Origin: Methanobacteriota archaeon
GTDB taxonomy: Archaea; Thermoplasmatota; Thermoplasmata; RBG-16-68-12
Assembly: GCA_005878415.1 (NCBI GenBank)
Contig: VBMM01000029.1
Span: 1 to 33,836 of the forward strand
Reading direction: 5' to 3'
Length of the DNA stretch: 33,836 nucleotides
Both the position numbers and the translations under genes were made by a program. Shown here one piece after another: positions 25,464 to 33,836 of this stretch (its first letter is position 1; each line of letters starts with the position of its first letter). The notes below the pieces were generated by a model, which saw nothing but the letters and a program-made list of their open reading frames with translations, was not told the DNA's origin and ran no database searches.

Positions 25464-26444
25464 TTAGTTCACCGGAGACAAGCCCCGACTCGCAAGTATC
25501 TCGTTGAGAAGACTGAGGTCGTAGAGCCCGCTCGTATCGACGCCGGCGGGCAGGAGTCCCAACTCCTGTGCCCACGCTAGGTACGTGACGAGGGACGATT
25601 TGATCGGGTCGTACGTGAGGTTCAGATTCCCGAATGCGGCGGCAATCGTCGCGTTGGCGAGGCGATTCAACGTCACTTTGGTAATCGCGTCGTCCAGGAA
25701 CCTCTTGACGATATCCCGGTGCGTGTCGAGATATCGTTTCGTCGTGACGAGCTGCGTGGTCACGAAACGTCCGTTGGGCCACAAGGACCTCTCGTCTAAG
25801 AATACTTTCCCGCCGGCCTCCAGGACGAGCCGGCTCGCCCACGGCTCCGGCACCCAGGCGCCGTCGATCTGGCGGAGCTGGAACAGGGAAAGGATGTTCG
25901 GGTTCGCGGCGTTGATGACTTCCACGTCGCCGCCCTGATCGACCGTCTTGTGTCCCTCCGACAGGAGGAAATGTTTCAGGGCGATATCTTGTGTGTTCCC
26001 GAGCTGCGGCGATGCGAACTTTCTCCCCGTATAGTTTGCGCTCGTGGTCAGGTTCAGCGTGGGCTGGATTACGAACAGCGCCCCGCCGCTTGCGCCGCCC
26101 GCAATCACCCGCAGCACGTCCGGGCCCACGGCGGCCAGCCCGGTGAGCGTCGGGGACGGACCGACGAACAGGAGATCAACCCGGTTCGCCAGGAGGGCCG
26201 CGATTCCGGTGGGGCCCGCGTTGAACGCCCGAGGCTCGAGTGTCAACGCGCTCCCCAAGGCCGCTTGGTAGGCGCCGGTCGAAATGCCGTACAGCGACTG
26301 AGCGTGCGTCACGTTCGGAAAGTACCCGAGGCGGACGACCGAGTCGGACTGCACCGAGAGGTACGCCGCGAGGATCGCGATCGAGACGAGAATGGCGGAT
26401 AAGGCGACCGCGGCGAACGCGACGTTCGTCCGGAGGCGCGCCAC
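25464..26444 (-). CDS. ABC transporter substrate-binding protein, SsuA-like (sulfonate/nitrate family), N-terminal membrane anchor
   Basis: VRLGYFPNVTHAQ, FNAGP, VGPSP, ASPQLGNTQDIAL, GAWVPEPW. Confidence 0.92.
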   Translation of the reverse strand: MARLRTNVAFAAVALSAILVSIAILAAYLSVQSDSVVRLGYFPNVTHAQSLYGISTGAYQAALGSALTLEPRAFNAGPTGIAALLANRVDLLFVGPSPTLTGLAAVGPDVLRVIAGGASGGALFVIQPTLNLTTSANYTGRKFASPQLGNTQDIALKHFLLSEGHKTVDQGGDVEVINAANPNILSLFQLRQIDGAWVPEPWASRLVLEAGGKVFLDERSLWPNGRFVTTQLVTTKRYLDTHRDIVKRFLDDAITKVTLNRLANATIAAAFGNLNLTYDPIKSSLVTYLAWAQELGLLPAGVDTSGLYDLSLLNEILASRGLSPVN

Positions 26445-26589
26445 GCTCCCAGGGAAGCGGCCTCCCGATAAAGACTATCGGAGCCCCTGCCAGGAACGAC
26501 GCGCCCCCTCCGGTTCGTGACGCGCGAACGGGCGGGGGCAAAGCCCATATAGTCGCGGAGGGGTGCGACGGCCTCGCTCGGCCGAAGGG

Positions 26590-27900
26590 ATGGGTTTGGA
26601 GCGGGCGAACGGTTCGCACTGGTTCTACTCGTACTTGCCGCAAGGGATCGCGGGCGGCGCAACCTCGGCGCTGATCCCTCTCTTCGCGTACGGTCTGGGC
26701 GGGAGCCTGTCGGATGTCGGGATCATCGCCGCGGCGACGAGCATCGCCTCGGTCCCGTCGTTCATGCTCTGGGGATCCCTGTCCGATCGCGTCGGCCGCC
26801 GCAAGGTCTTCCTCCTGATCGGGTTCGCGGGGAACGCGCTCTGCTTCCTCCTCATGGCCGCGAGCCGGACGCTGCCCGAGTTCTACTTGACCAACTTGTT
26901 GATCGGCTGCCTCGGCGCCGCGAGCGGTCCCGTGGGGACGGTCCTCATCATGGAGACCACACCCCGGACGGAATGGCCCGCGCGCCTCGCGTTCGTCAGC
27001 CGGATCGGGGCCGCGGGTTGGGTCGGGGGACTCGGCCTCGGCGTCGCCTGGCTCGCCCTCGGTCCCACGGTCGTCGGCGGCGGACTGGGTCTCATGCGGG
27101 CGCTCTTCGCGATTGGGGCCGGATTCGGCGGCGTGTCCGTGGTGCTCGCGTTCCTTTGGACGCGTGAGCCGACGCGGCGCGTGAGCCGGCGAGATGTGCA
27201 GGGCACGTACATCCGGCCGCGCGTGGAACGAGGCCGCTACCTTCCGACCCACGTCTTGCACTACTTCGACGTGCGGACCCCGCGGGCGCCGGCCGGCCGC
27301 CTTCCCCGCTCGCTCCGCACCTATCTCCTCTGCGTATTCCTCTTGTTCGGCGGGTTCACCGCATTCTACAGTTTCTTCCCGATCTTCTTGACTCAGGTCT
27401 ACGGCATCTCCAGCCCCGGCATTTTCGCCGTGTACATTGGGAGCCAGGCCATGTCCATCGCCGCCTATCCGTACGTCGGTCGGTGGATCGCCTCGCGGAA
27501 AAGCGCGTCCCCGCAGGTGTACGCGGCTCTCGGCCGCTCGCTCTTGTTCGGCTCGTTCTTCCTGGTGAGCTTGGTCTCGATTCCCGCCGCAGGCGTCTTC
27601 GCCCTCGCCTTCGTCCTCCACGCCGGCGTCGGGCTTTGCTGGGCGGTGCTCAACGTCGCGGGTTCGACGTGGGTCTCCCACCTCGCGCCGGCGAAGGGGC
27701 GGGCCCAGGCTTTCGGGGCGTACAACGCGGTCCAGGGGTTCGGTTCGATCTTGGGTCCGCTGCTCGGTGGCTTTTCCGCGCAGTGGCTCGGCTACGGCCC
27801 GGCGTTCGCGGTGAGCGTCGGCCTCATCCTCGTCGGATGCGCGATCTTGGTGACGCTCCCGGCGGAGGGACCCGCCGAGGCCGACGAAAAGGGTAAATGA
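26590..27900 (+). CDS. Major facilitator superfamily transporter
   Basis: MFS motif A WGSLSDRVGRRK; about 12 hydrophobic helices; GSILGPLLGG. Confidence 0.92.
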   Translation: MGLERANGSHWFYSYLPQGIAGGATSALIPLFAYGLGGSLSDVGIIAAATSIASVPSFMLWGSLSDRVGRRKVFLLIGFAGNALCFLLMAASRTLPEFYLTNLLIGCLGAASGPVGTVLIMETTPRTEWPARLAFVSRIGAAGWVGGLGLGVAWLALGPTVVGGGLGLMRALFAIGAGFGGVSVVLAFLWTREPTRRVSRRDVQGTYIRPRVERGRYLPTHVLHYFDVRTPRAPAGRLPRSLRTYLLCVFLLFGGFTAFYSFFPIFLTQVYGISSPGIFAVYIGSQAMSIAAYPYVGRWIASRKSASPQVYAALGRSLLFGSFFLVSLVSIPAAGVFALAFVLHAGVGLCWAVLNVAGSTWVSHLAPAKGRAQAFGAYNAVQGFGSILGPLLGGFSAQWLGYGPAFAVSVGLILVGCAILVTLPAEGPAEADEKGK

Positions 27901-27933
27901 GGTCCCCGGCTTCGCGCTCCCGGGATCGCGTCG

Positions 27934-28978
27934 TTGAAGGTGATTGTCCTCGGCGGATACGGGGCGATGGCGCAGTCGACCGTACCGGATCTCCTGGCGA
28001 GCCCCGGGGTCGAGCGCGTCGGGATCGCCGGGCGCAGGGCTGACAAGGCGAAGGCCGTCGCGAAGGCGCAGTCGGATGACCGCGCCGTGCCCGTCGCGAT
28101 CGACGCGAGGGACTCGGCGGCGCTTGAAAGAGAGCTCCGCAACTGGGACTGTATCATCAACAGCAGCTGGTACGACCTGAACGTGCCGATCACCGAAGCG
28201 GCGATTCGGGCCGGCATCCACTACTGCGATCTCGGCGGATTGTACCACCAGACCCTCCGCCAATTGAAGCTCGACAAGCAGGCGAAGGACGCGGGCGTGA
28301 CATGCGTCCTCGGGATCGGATCCACGCCCGGCACGATGAACGTCCTCGGCATGTACGGGGCGAGCAAGCTCGATCGGGTTCACAAGATCCAGCTTCGGAG
28401 CAGCGGCGCGGTCGTATCCGGCGGCGATCCCGGGACGTTCGTGCCGCCGTACGCGATCCGCACGATCCTCGACGAGTTCTCGATGGACGCGCCGATCCTG
28501 CGGAAAGGCAAGATCCAGTTCGTCCCGGCGCTCTCGGGCCTCGAGAAGTCCGAGTTCATCGCGCCCGTCGGCATCGTCGAAGGGTACTACACGATCCACT
28601 CGGAATTGGCGACGATGCCCCAGACGATCGGAAAGGGTGTCCAGGAGATGGACTTCATCGTTGCGTTTCCTCCCGCGTTCCGCGAGACGATCGCGACCCT
28701 GGTTCGGCTCGGTCTCGCGAGCCGCGAGGCGGTCGTCGTGGAAGGCTCGAAGGTCCGGCCGTATGACCTGACGTCGGAACGTGGGCGGCGGAGTCGTCGA
28801 CACCGGCGTCCCGCCGTCCATCGCCGCGCAGTGGGCCGTCAAGGGGTTGATCAAAGAGCGCGGTGTCGTTCCTCCAGAGATCGCGTTTGACCCGTTGCCC
28901 TATTTCAAAGAACTCGGGAGCCGAGGTCGCGGTATCCGCATCACGGAATACGCCGAGGAGACGCGGACGCTGAACTGA
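27934..28978 (+). pseudogene. Saccharopine dehydrogenase-like NAD(P)-dependent oxidoreductase, split by an apparent deletion plus frameshift
   Basis: Rossmann VLGGYGAMA, HYCDLGG, GIGSTPG, HSELAT in frame to ...YDLTS (28776). The conserved C-terminus NVGGGVVDTGVPPSIAAQW...GVVPPE lies in another frame, ending at 28978. May be an assembly error. Confidence 0.85.
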
Positions 28979-29017
28979 ATTTGTCCTCACCCAAGCGTCA
29001 GCAAATCGCAGAGATGC

Positions 29018-29041
29018 AACGCGCCCCAAAGGGGGTGCGTT
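29018..29041. other. Intergenic stem-loop
   Basis: AACGCGCCCC-AAAG-GGGGTGCGTT, a 10-bp stem with one G-U pair; extendable by ATCGC(29005-09)/GCGAT(29043-47). Confidence 0.5.
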
Positions 29042-29126
29042 AGCGATCGGCGCACACGCGAGGTAGGTCAATGTTCGAACGCTGTTTTCCTCGGGATTCT
29101 TGCGGATGACCGGGCTCAACCTCGTC

Positions 29127-29134
29127 TATTTATA
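29127..29134 (+). promoter_or_regulatory. Putative TATA box for the PKD surface-protein gene
   Basis: TATTTATA about 52 nt upstream of TTG 29186; GAGGT RBS precedes the start. Confidence 0.6.
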
Positions 29135-29185
29135 CCATCCATCCAATCCCTGGAATCACCTTATTCTCTCTGGGGAGCGAGGTAC

Positions 29186-32100
29186 TTGGTCGCAGCGGGG
29201 GAAGCCGCTCCGCCGTCTTCGGCGCCTACGCCGGGGACCGGAGGTCGGAAGAAGACGCTTGTGCTCGTGATTGTGGCCGTGCTCGTGATCGCGGCGCTCG
29301 CCTCGGTCACGTATATCCTGCTCTCGAGAACCTCTCCGCCGGCCACGCCGCCGGCGGCGGTTCGGCTCGATCACGTCACGATTTCCGGCGGGACGTCCGT
29401 CGACCAAGCCGGACTCCTGACGCTCTCCGCCGTCGCGATCGACACGAAAGGGGCGGCCGAGACCTCCAACGCGACTTGGCTTTGGTCTGCGAGTCCGGCG
29501 GCGTCCGTGACGGTTGTGATGTCGGGGACCCCATCCACGATCCAGGTGCTCGCGAAGCTGTCTGGCTCCGTGACGATCACCGCGAACGCGACGTGGAACA
29601 ATTCCGCGAAGGAGTCGACGCACGCCGTCACGGTTAATGCCTTGACGTACGAGCTGATTCCTGCCGACACCGCTCCGCTCGTCGGGCAAGCATTCGACAT
29701 TACGGTCCGTGTCTTGCGGGGAGCGACCATCGCGACTTCCTATGCTGGGACGGTTCACTTCACATCCGACGATACGGGCGCGACGATCCCTGCGGACGCC
29801 GCGTTCTCCGCAGGCGATGCGGGGCAGAAGATCGTCTCCGGGTTCGCCGTCTCCGTACCAAGCGCCGTGCAGTTCACCGGGACGGACACCGTCGCCGCGA
29901 TTACCGGCAGTGCTGGGGTCAGCGGGAACCGGGCTCCCATCGCGTTGATCAGCCTCACCCCAGATTCCGCGAATCCCCTCGGGATGACGGCGGATGGTTC
30001 GGGGTCTTCCGATCCCGACGGCGATCCAATCACCTACCTCTGGGATCTCGGCGACAGCACGACGGCAACGACGCCCGTCGTCACGCACACGTACGCGACG
30101 GCAGGCCCGTACCTGGTCCAGCTCACCGTGACCGACAGCCACGCCGTCTCCGACTCGGCCACCCAGACCTTCACCGCGAAGGCCAAGCCGACAGCGAGTT
30201 TCATCGTCGTTTCTGAATCCCCTTCCGGCACGGGCATCCGCGTCGACGTGGATGCCTCGGCGTCCTCGGACTCGGACGGCACGATCGTCAACTACAACTG
30301 GACCTGGGACGACGGCACCTTCTCCGACGTTTCGACGCCCGTGACGTTCCACGACTATGGCGCGTCGCTGATCGGCCAATCCGTGACCATCGTCCTGCGC
30401 GTGACGGACAACGACAACCTCGATGGGCGTGCGTCCCAGACGATTCAGATCACCCTCCTCCCGCAGCCCCCGGTCGCCTCCTTTGTCGTCTCCTCGGTGG
30501 ACCAGCTGAACCGTACCGTTTACGTGGATGCGAGCGGCTCGTCCGATCCGAACGGCAACATCGCGTCGTACAACTGGAGCTGGGGCGACGGCACCTGGAC
30601 CAACCTGACGACGGCAACTGCGAGCCACGCCTATGGCACGGACGCCGACTTTGTGATCAACTTGACCGTGATCGACACGACGAGCCTCAGCGGCTCAACG
30701 GAGATGTCCGTCCACGTCGAACAGCCGTCGGTGGCGCCGACGGCCGTCCTGACGGTGACCCGGAACCTGATGACTGTCGACGCGGACGCGAGTGCCTCAT
30801 TCGATCCGAACGGCAACATTGCGACGTACACGTTCGCCTGGGGCGACGGCACGACGACCGGTCCGCAGGCGAGCCCGCTCGCGAGTCATGTGTATTCATC
30901 GGCGGGCAAGTACACGGTGACGGTGACGGTCGAGGACAGCACGAACCTCCAAGGCTCTGCGGCGAAGACTGTTTCCGTCGCGGCATCGACGTTGGACTAC
31001 CGCTACCACGACTTCTTCAACGTCCCGTACGGCGAATGGTGGGACTATCGCTACATCAAGTACGGTGACCTGCCGATCAACGCCGAGTGCTTCAACCAGA
31101 CATCCGTCGCGGACGGGGTCTGCACACCCAACCACCCGAACACGCCAGATTTCGAGACCTATCCGTACACGAACTGGTATCCCCTCCCCGGCTCAATCCG
31201 GCCCGGGAACCCGACGAACAACCCACTCGTCTACGCGCCGTACCTGTTCGATGTGGCCGGCGTGAACGTCGCGGGCTACAACCGCTCCGAGCCCGTGTTC
31301 CTACCCGTGTTCAACTATGACGCACCTGTCGGGAGCGAACTGAACTTCCACTGGTACCTCCAGTACCTCGACAAAGCGACCGGGGACGACCTCACCCTGA
31401 ACAAGGGCTGCCCCGGCGTGGACCCGAAGTTCAACGACGGATTCGAGATCCGCTCCCAGGTCTGGCTCACCCTGGACCTCGCGGAGTCGAAGCGTATCTT
31501 CGGGGTCCCGCTCTCGACGACGCCATCTCAGGCGCAGGCGTGGTGGAATTCGAACACGAACAACGCGTGCGGCACGCAGGGCCTTCTCGAAGATCAGGTT
31601 TCGTCGTGGTTCCAGACCCTCGGCGGTCCGGCGGGGACTGAAGGCAAGTACGACATCGTGAACAGCTTCGAGTATCAGTACACGCCGTTCTACACGAACA
31701 TCACCGCCGTCGTCGATTCCTCGACCGGGGAGACGCGGGTGTACCTGGAGCACGCGGCCTGGGGGACGGAAGTCCTCCTCGCGCGGATGTTCTACTGGGG
31801 CAACGCCTCATATCAGTTGAATTACCTCGATTCGACGAATGCACGCGGCTGGTGGGGCATGGAGCTCGGGTGGCTCGAGGGCATGAACTTCCAGGGAAGC
31901 CTCGGTCCAGCGGGGGGCGGCTTTGACTTCAACCTGTCCGCGGCGATGCAGTACCACTTCCAGCAGCTGACGTTCCCGAGGACGGGAGGGTACGACCGGA
32001 CGGACGACGTCCCGTACTGGACTTGGGGGCCGATCTTGTCGGACTACACGAACGACTACAGCCCGAAGCATCCGATCTCCGAGTTGGATCGGTACCCGAG

Positions 32101-32653
32101 TCCGTACTACGGATATATCCACTCGACACCGGGGAGTGCACGGTACGGGCAGAACCTGACCTACGATTACGTGCCGATCCGTTGGGACCTCGTCGCCGGG
32201 CAGACCTGGAACTTCCAGTACCCGACCGGGAACGTCGTCTTCTACGACCCGAACAACACGCCGCTCGGGTCGGATCCAAGATACGGCGCCTACGTCGAGG
32301 TGCACAAGCCGCTTGCCTACGATTCAACGAAGCCGTCCGGATACGGGACGTGGGACGTGACGAACAACACCTGGGGCGTCTACGGTCCCTCATTGACGGG
32401 TGGTCCGGTGGGCAACGCCGGCGCGGACGGTATCCCAGGGAATTCGGACGACCGATATGCGCTCGAATCGTGGGGAGCGATCAACGTCGTGGCGTCCGGC
32501 GCCGCGGGTTTCGCGAAGATCACGTCTCACGCATCGGCCCCACCCGCGCTTGGTCCATCGTCCGAAAGCGCCGCGGCAGGCTCCGCGCGTTCCGGTGACT
32601 TCTACGTCGCGACCGTCCCCAGCCGAGTCACGACCCGGTCCCGACTCGATTGA
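29186..32653 (+). CDS. Membrane-anchored cell-surface glycoprotein: Ig-like domains, 4 PKD domains, unrecognised C-terminal domain
   Basis: RKK + hydrophobic anchor near the N-terminus. Four PKD units (SSDPDG..YLWDLGD, YNWTWDDG, YNWSWGDG, YTFAWGDG...H.Y...TVTD). Many NxS/T sequons; 1155 aa. Confidence 0.9.
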   Translation: MVAAGEAAPPSSAPTPGTGGRKKTLVLVIVAVLVIAALASVTYILLSRTSPPATPPAAVRLDHVTISGGTSVDQAGLLTLSAVAIDTKGAAETSNATWLWSASPAASVTVVMSGTPSTIQVLAKLSGSVTITANATWNNSAKESTHAVTVNALTYELIPADTAPLVGQAFDITVRVLRGATIATSYAGTVHFTSDDTGATIPADAAFSAGDAGQKIVSGFAVSVPSAVQFTGTDTVAAITGSAGVSGNRAPIALISLTPDSANPLGMTADGSGSSDPDGDPITYLWDLGDSTTATTPVVTHTYATAGPYLVQLTVTDSHAVSDSATQTFTAKAKPTASFIVVSESPSGTGIRVDVDASASSDSDGTIVNYNWTWDDGTFSDVSTPVTFHDYGASLIGQSVTIVLRVTDNDNLDGRASQTIQITLLPQPPVASFVVSSVDQLNRTVYVDASGSSDPNGNIASYNWSWGDGTWTNLTTATASHAYGTDADFVINLTVIDTTSLSGSTEMSVHVEQPSVAPTAVLTVTRNLMTVDADASASFDPNGNIATYTFAWGDGTTTGPQASPLASHVYSSAGKYTVTVTVEDSTNLQGSAAKTVSVAASTLDYRYHDFFNVPYGEWWDYRYIKYGDLPINAECFNQTSVADGVCTPNHPNTPDFETYPYTNWYPLPGSIRPGNPTNNPLVYAPYLFDVAGVNVAGYNRSEPVFLPVFNYDAPVGSELNFHWYLQYLDKATGDDLTLNKGCPGVDPKFNDGFEIRSQVWLTLDLAESKRIFGVPLSTTPSQAQAWWNSNTNNACGTQGLLEDQVSSWFQTLGGPAGTEGKYDIVNSFEYQYTPFYTNITAVVDSSTGETRVYLEHAAWGTEVLLARMFYWGNASYQLNYLDSTNARGWWGMELGWLEGMNFQGSLGPAGGGFDFNLSAAMQYHFQQLTFPRTGGYDRTDDVPYWTWGPILSDYTNDYSPKHPISELDRYPSPYYGYIHSTPGSARYGQNLTYDYVPIRWDLVAGQTWNFQYPTGNVVFYDPNNTPLGSDPRYGAYVEVHKPLAYDSTKPSGYGTWDVTNNTWGVYGPSLTGGPVGNAGADGIPGNSDDRYALESWGAINVVASGAAGFAKITSHASAPPALGPSSESAAAGSARSGDFYVATVPSRVTTRSRLD

Positions 32654-32732
32654 GCATGCGGCCTCTAGTCCGCGGCGAGTCGGCGGATCAGCGGCAGCCG
32701 GAGTCGTGCGTTTTTCCGGCGAGTTCGCTAGG

Positions 32733-32753
32733 TTCAAATAAGGTCCGGACCTT
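32733..32753 (+). promoter_or_regulatory. TATA-like TTCAAATA immediately followed by a perfect 14-bp palindrome
   Basis: AAGGTCCGGACCTT at 32740-32753 equals its own reverse complement; it lies 65-78 nt upstream of ATG 32818. Confidence 0.4.
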
Positions 32754-32817
32754 CCTACGATATCCGAATCCGCTGACGCGTTTCGCGTGGGAATCGCGTC
32801 GGTCGCGGGGGCTTTCA

Positions 32818-33836
32818 ATGGAAGACGAGTCGGCCGAGCCGCTGGAAAGCGTGCCGGGCGGGGAAGAAGAGTACGAGGACGCGGCCGCGAAGAAGCGCAA
32901 GGGCCCGTTGTTCAAGGTCCTCGTCCTTCTGATCGCGCTCATCGTCGCCGGGGTCGGCGTGTGGTGGTTCGTGTTCTCGAACAGCCCCCCGAAAGCTTCG
33001 TTCTCCTTCTCAACGGTCGACTTCCGCCTCACTGTTGACGCCCGCAACTCGTCGGATCCGGACGGCAACATCGCGACGTATCAGTGGGACTGGGGCGACG
33101 GGTCCGCCGTGACCTCGGGAATCCAACAGGCGCACACCTATGCGAGCGTGAACAACTACACGGTCATCCTGACCGTCACGGACGCGCGCGGAGCGGCAGG
33201 GAGCGCCTCTCAGATTGTCCGACTCCGCGTCTCCGTCACGGCCGATTTCGTCGCGCGCACGGAAAAGATGCATGTGTCGTTCGATGCGTCGAGTTCGTTT
33301 TCGCCGTCGGGAGGCCAGGTCACCGCGTACAGCTGGGACTTCGGCGACGGCTCGTCGACCGGAGCGGGGGAGTTCGTCACACACGACTACGCGACCCCCG
33401 GCCGCTACACCGTCACGCTCACGGCCGCCGACTCGAGGGGACTGACCGGACAGACCTCGCGGCTCGTGAGCCCCGCGGCCGCGACCGTCGACGTCTTGAT
33501 GGACGACTTCTTCTCGGCGGGATGCCCGTACGCCCAGTTCTGGTATCTCCGCTACACGACCTACGGGGACTTCGTGCTCGGAAACCAACCGCCTTGCACG
33601 GACTATTACCCGTGGGTTCTGTTTTCCGCCTCCGTCGCGGACCAGGCGGTGAACCCATCGTGGGTCTATACCTTGTTCCGATGGAGCGCCCTCGTGCGGA
33701 ACCACCCAGGATATAGCGTCCTGGATCCGGTATTCCTCCCCGTCTTCAATGCGTCCGTCGCCCCGGATTCCGGATCGTACATCCAGACGAACCTCACGTT
33801 CCACTACCTGGGCCAGCCCGAGATTGATGCGCTGAA
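32818..33836 (+). CDS. Second membrane-anchored PKD-domain surface protein, paralogue of 29186..32653 (3'-truncated; not in the supplied ORF track)
   Basis: Translated by hand with no stop to the window end: acidic N-tail, KKRK + TM (VLVLLIALIVAGVGVWWFVF), two PKD domains (YQWDWGDG, YSWDFGDG), then the shared domain DFF..PY..W..RY..YGD...PVFLPVFN. Confidence 0.92.
   Translation, partial: MEDESAEPLESVPGGEEEYEDAAAKKRKGPLFKVLVLLIALIVAGVGVWWFVFSNSPPKASFSFSTVDFRLTVDARNSSDPDGNIATYQWDWGDGSAVTSGIQQAHTYASVNNYTVILTVTDARGAAGSASQIVRLRVSVTADFVARTEKMHVSFDASSSFSPSGGQVTAYSWDFGDGSSTGAGEFVTHDYATPGRYTVTLTAADSRGLTGQTSRLVSPAAATVDVLMDDFFSAGCPYAQFWYLRYTTYGDFVLGNQPPCTDYYPWVLFSASVADQAVNPSWVYTLFRWSALVRNHPGYSVLDPVFLPVFNASVAPDSGSYIQTNLTFHYLGQPEIDAL

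Noticed and set aside
26176..28854. 892-aa minus-strand ORF
   Set aside because: Antisense to the MFS and dehydrogenase genes; Arg/Ala/Gly-rich shadow ORF typical of high-GC DNA.
30000..33100. Recurrent GATCCGAACGGCAACAT / TGGGGCGACGG DNA motifs
   Set aside because: They encode conserved PKD-domain motifs (DPNGNI, WGDG); they are not mobile-element or DGR repeats, and no reverse transcriptase is present.
1..33836. tRNA/rRNA/SRP RNA genes, IS elements, inteins, Sec/Pyl read-through
   Set aside because: Intergenic gaps are short and show no cloverleaf or T-loop consensus; no transposase or intein motifs; no ORF has conserved coding sequence continuing past an in-frame TGA/TAG. Checked by eye only; tRNAscan-SE and Rfam were not run.

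Overview
GC-rich archaeal chromosomal segment, most likely a Thermoplasmatota lineage. The taxonomic call is inferred from archaeal marker genes (rps8e, rpl15e, aIF2-beta with TRAM domain, SRP19, type II MetAP, PolB, phosphopantothenate synthetase, presenilin homologue). Most of the window is housekeeping genes, plus a sulfur-related transport block (THUMP/ThiI-like, TauE, SsuABC-type ABC transporter), an orphan permuted amino-methyltransferase with a DUF5655-like partner, and three large membrane-anchored surface proteins. No rRNA, tRNA, CRISPR array, intein or mobile element was recognised. The least explained features are: (1) a 1102-aa protein joining cytoplasmic Zn-ribbons, HhH, TPR and a 9x (V/I)NG repeat through one TM helix to an extracellular region ending in a PEF-CTERM-like sorting signal; (2) two tandem PKD-repeat paralogues sharing an unrecognised aromatic-rich C-terminal domain; (3) four to five clean internal deletions in conserved genes (srp19, pyrG, thiI-like, saccharopine-dehydrogenase-like, possibly ssuA), most likely local assembly errors; (4) a structured rpl15e 5' leader, an unannotated 52-aa Zn-finger gene and a possible uORF. 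All family calls come from motif recognition by eye; no database search was run.
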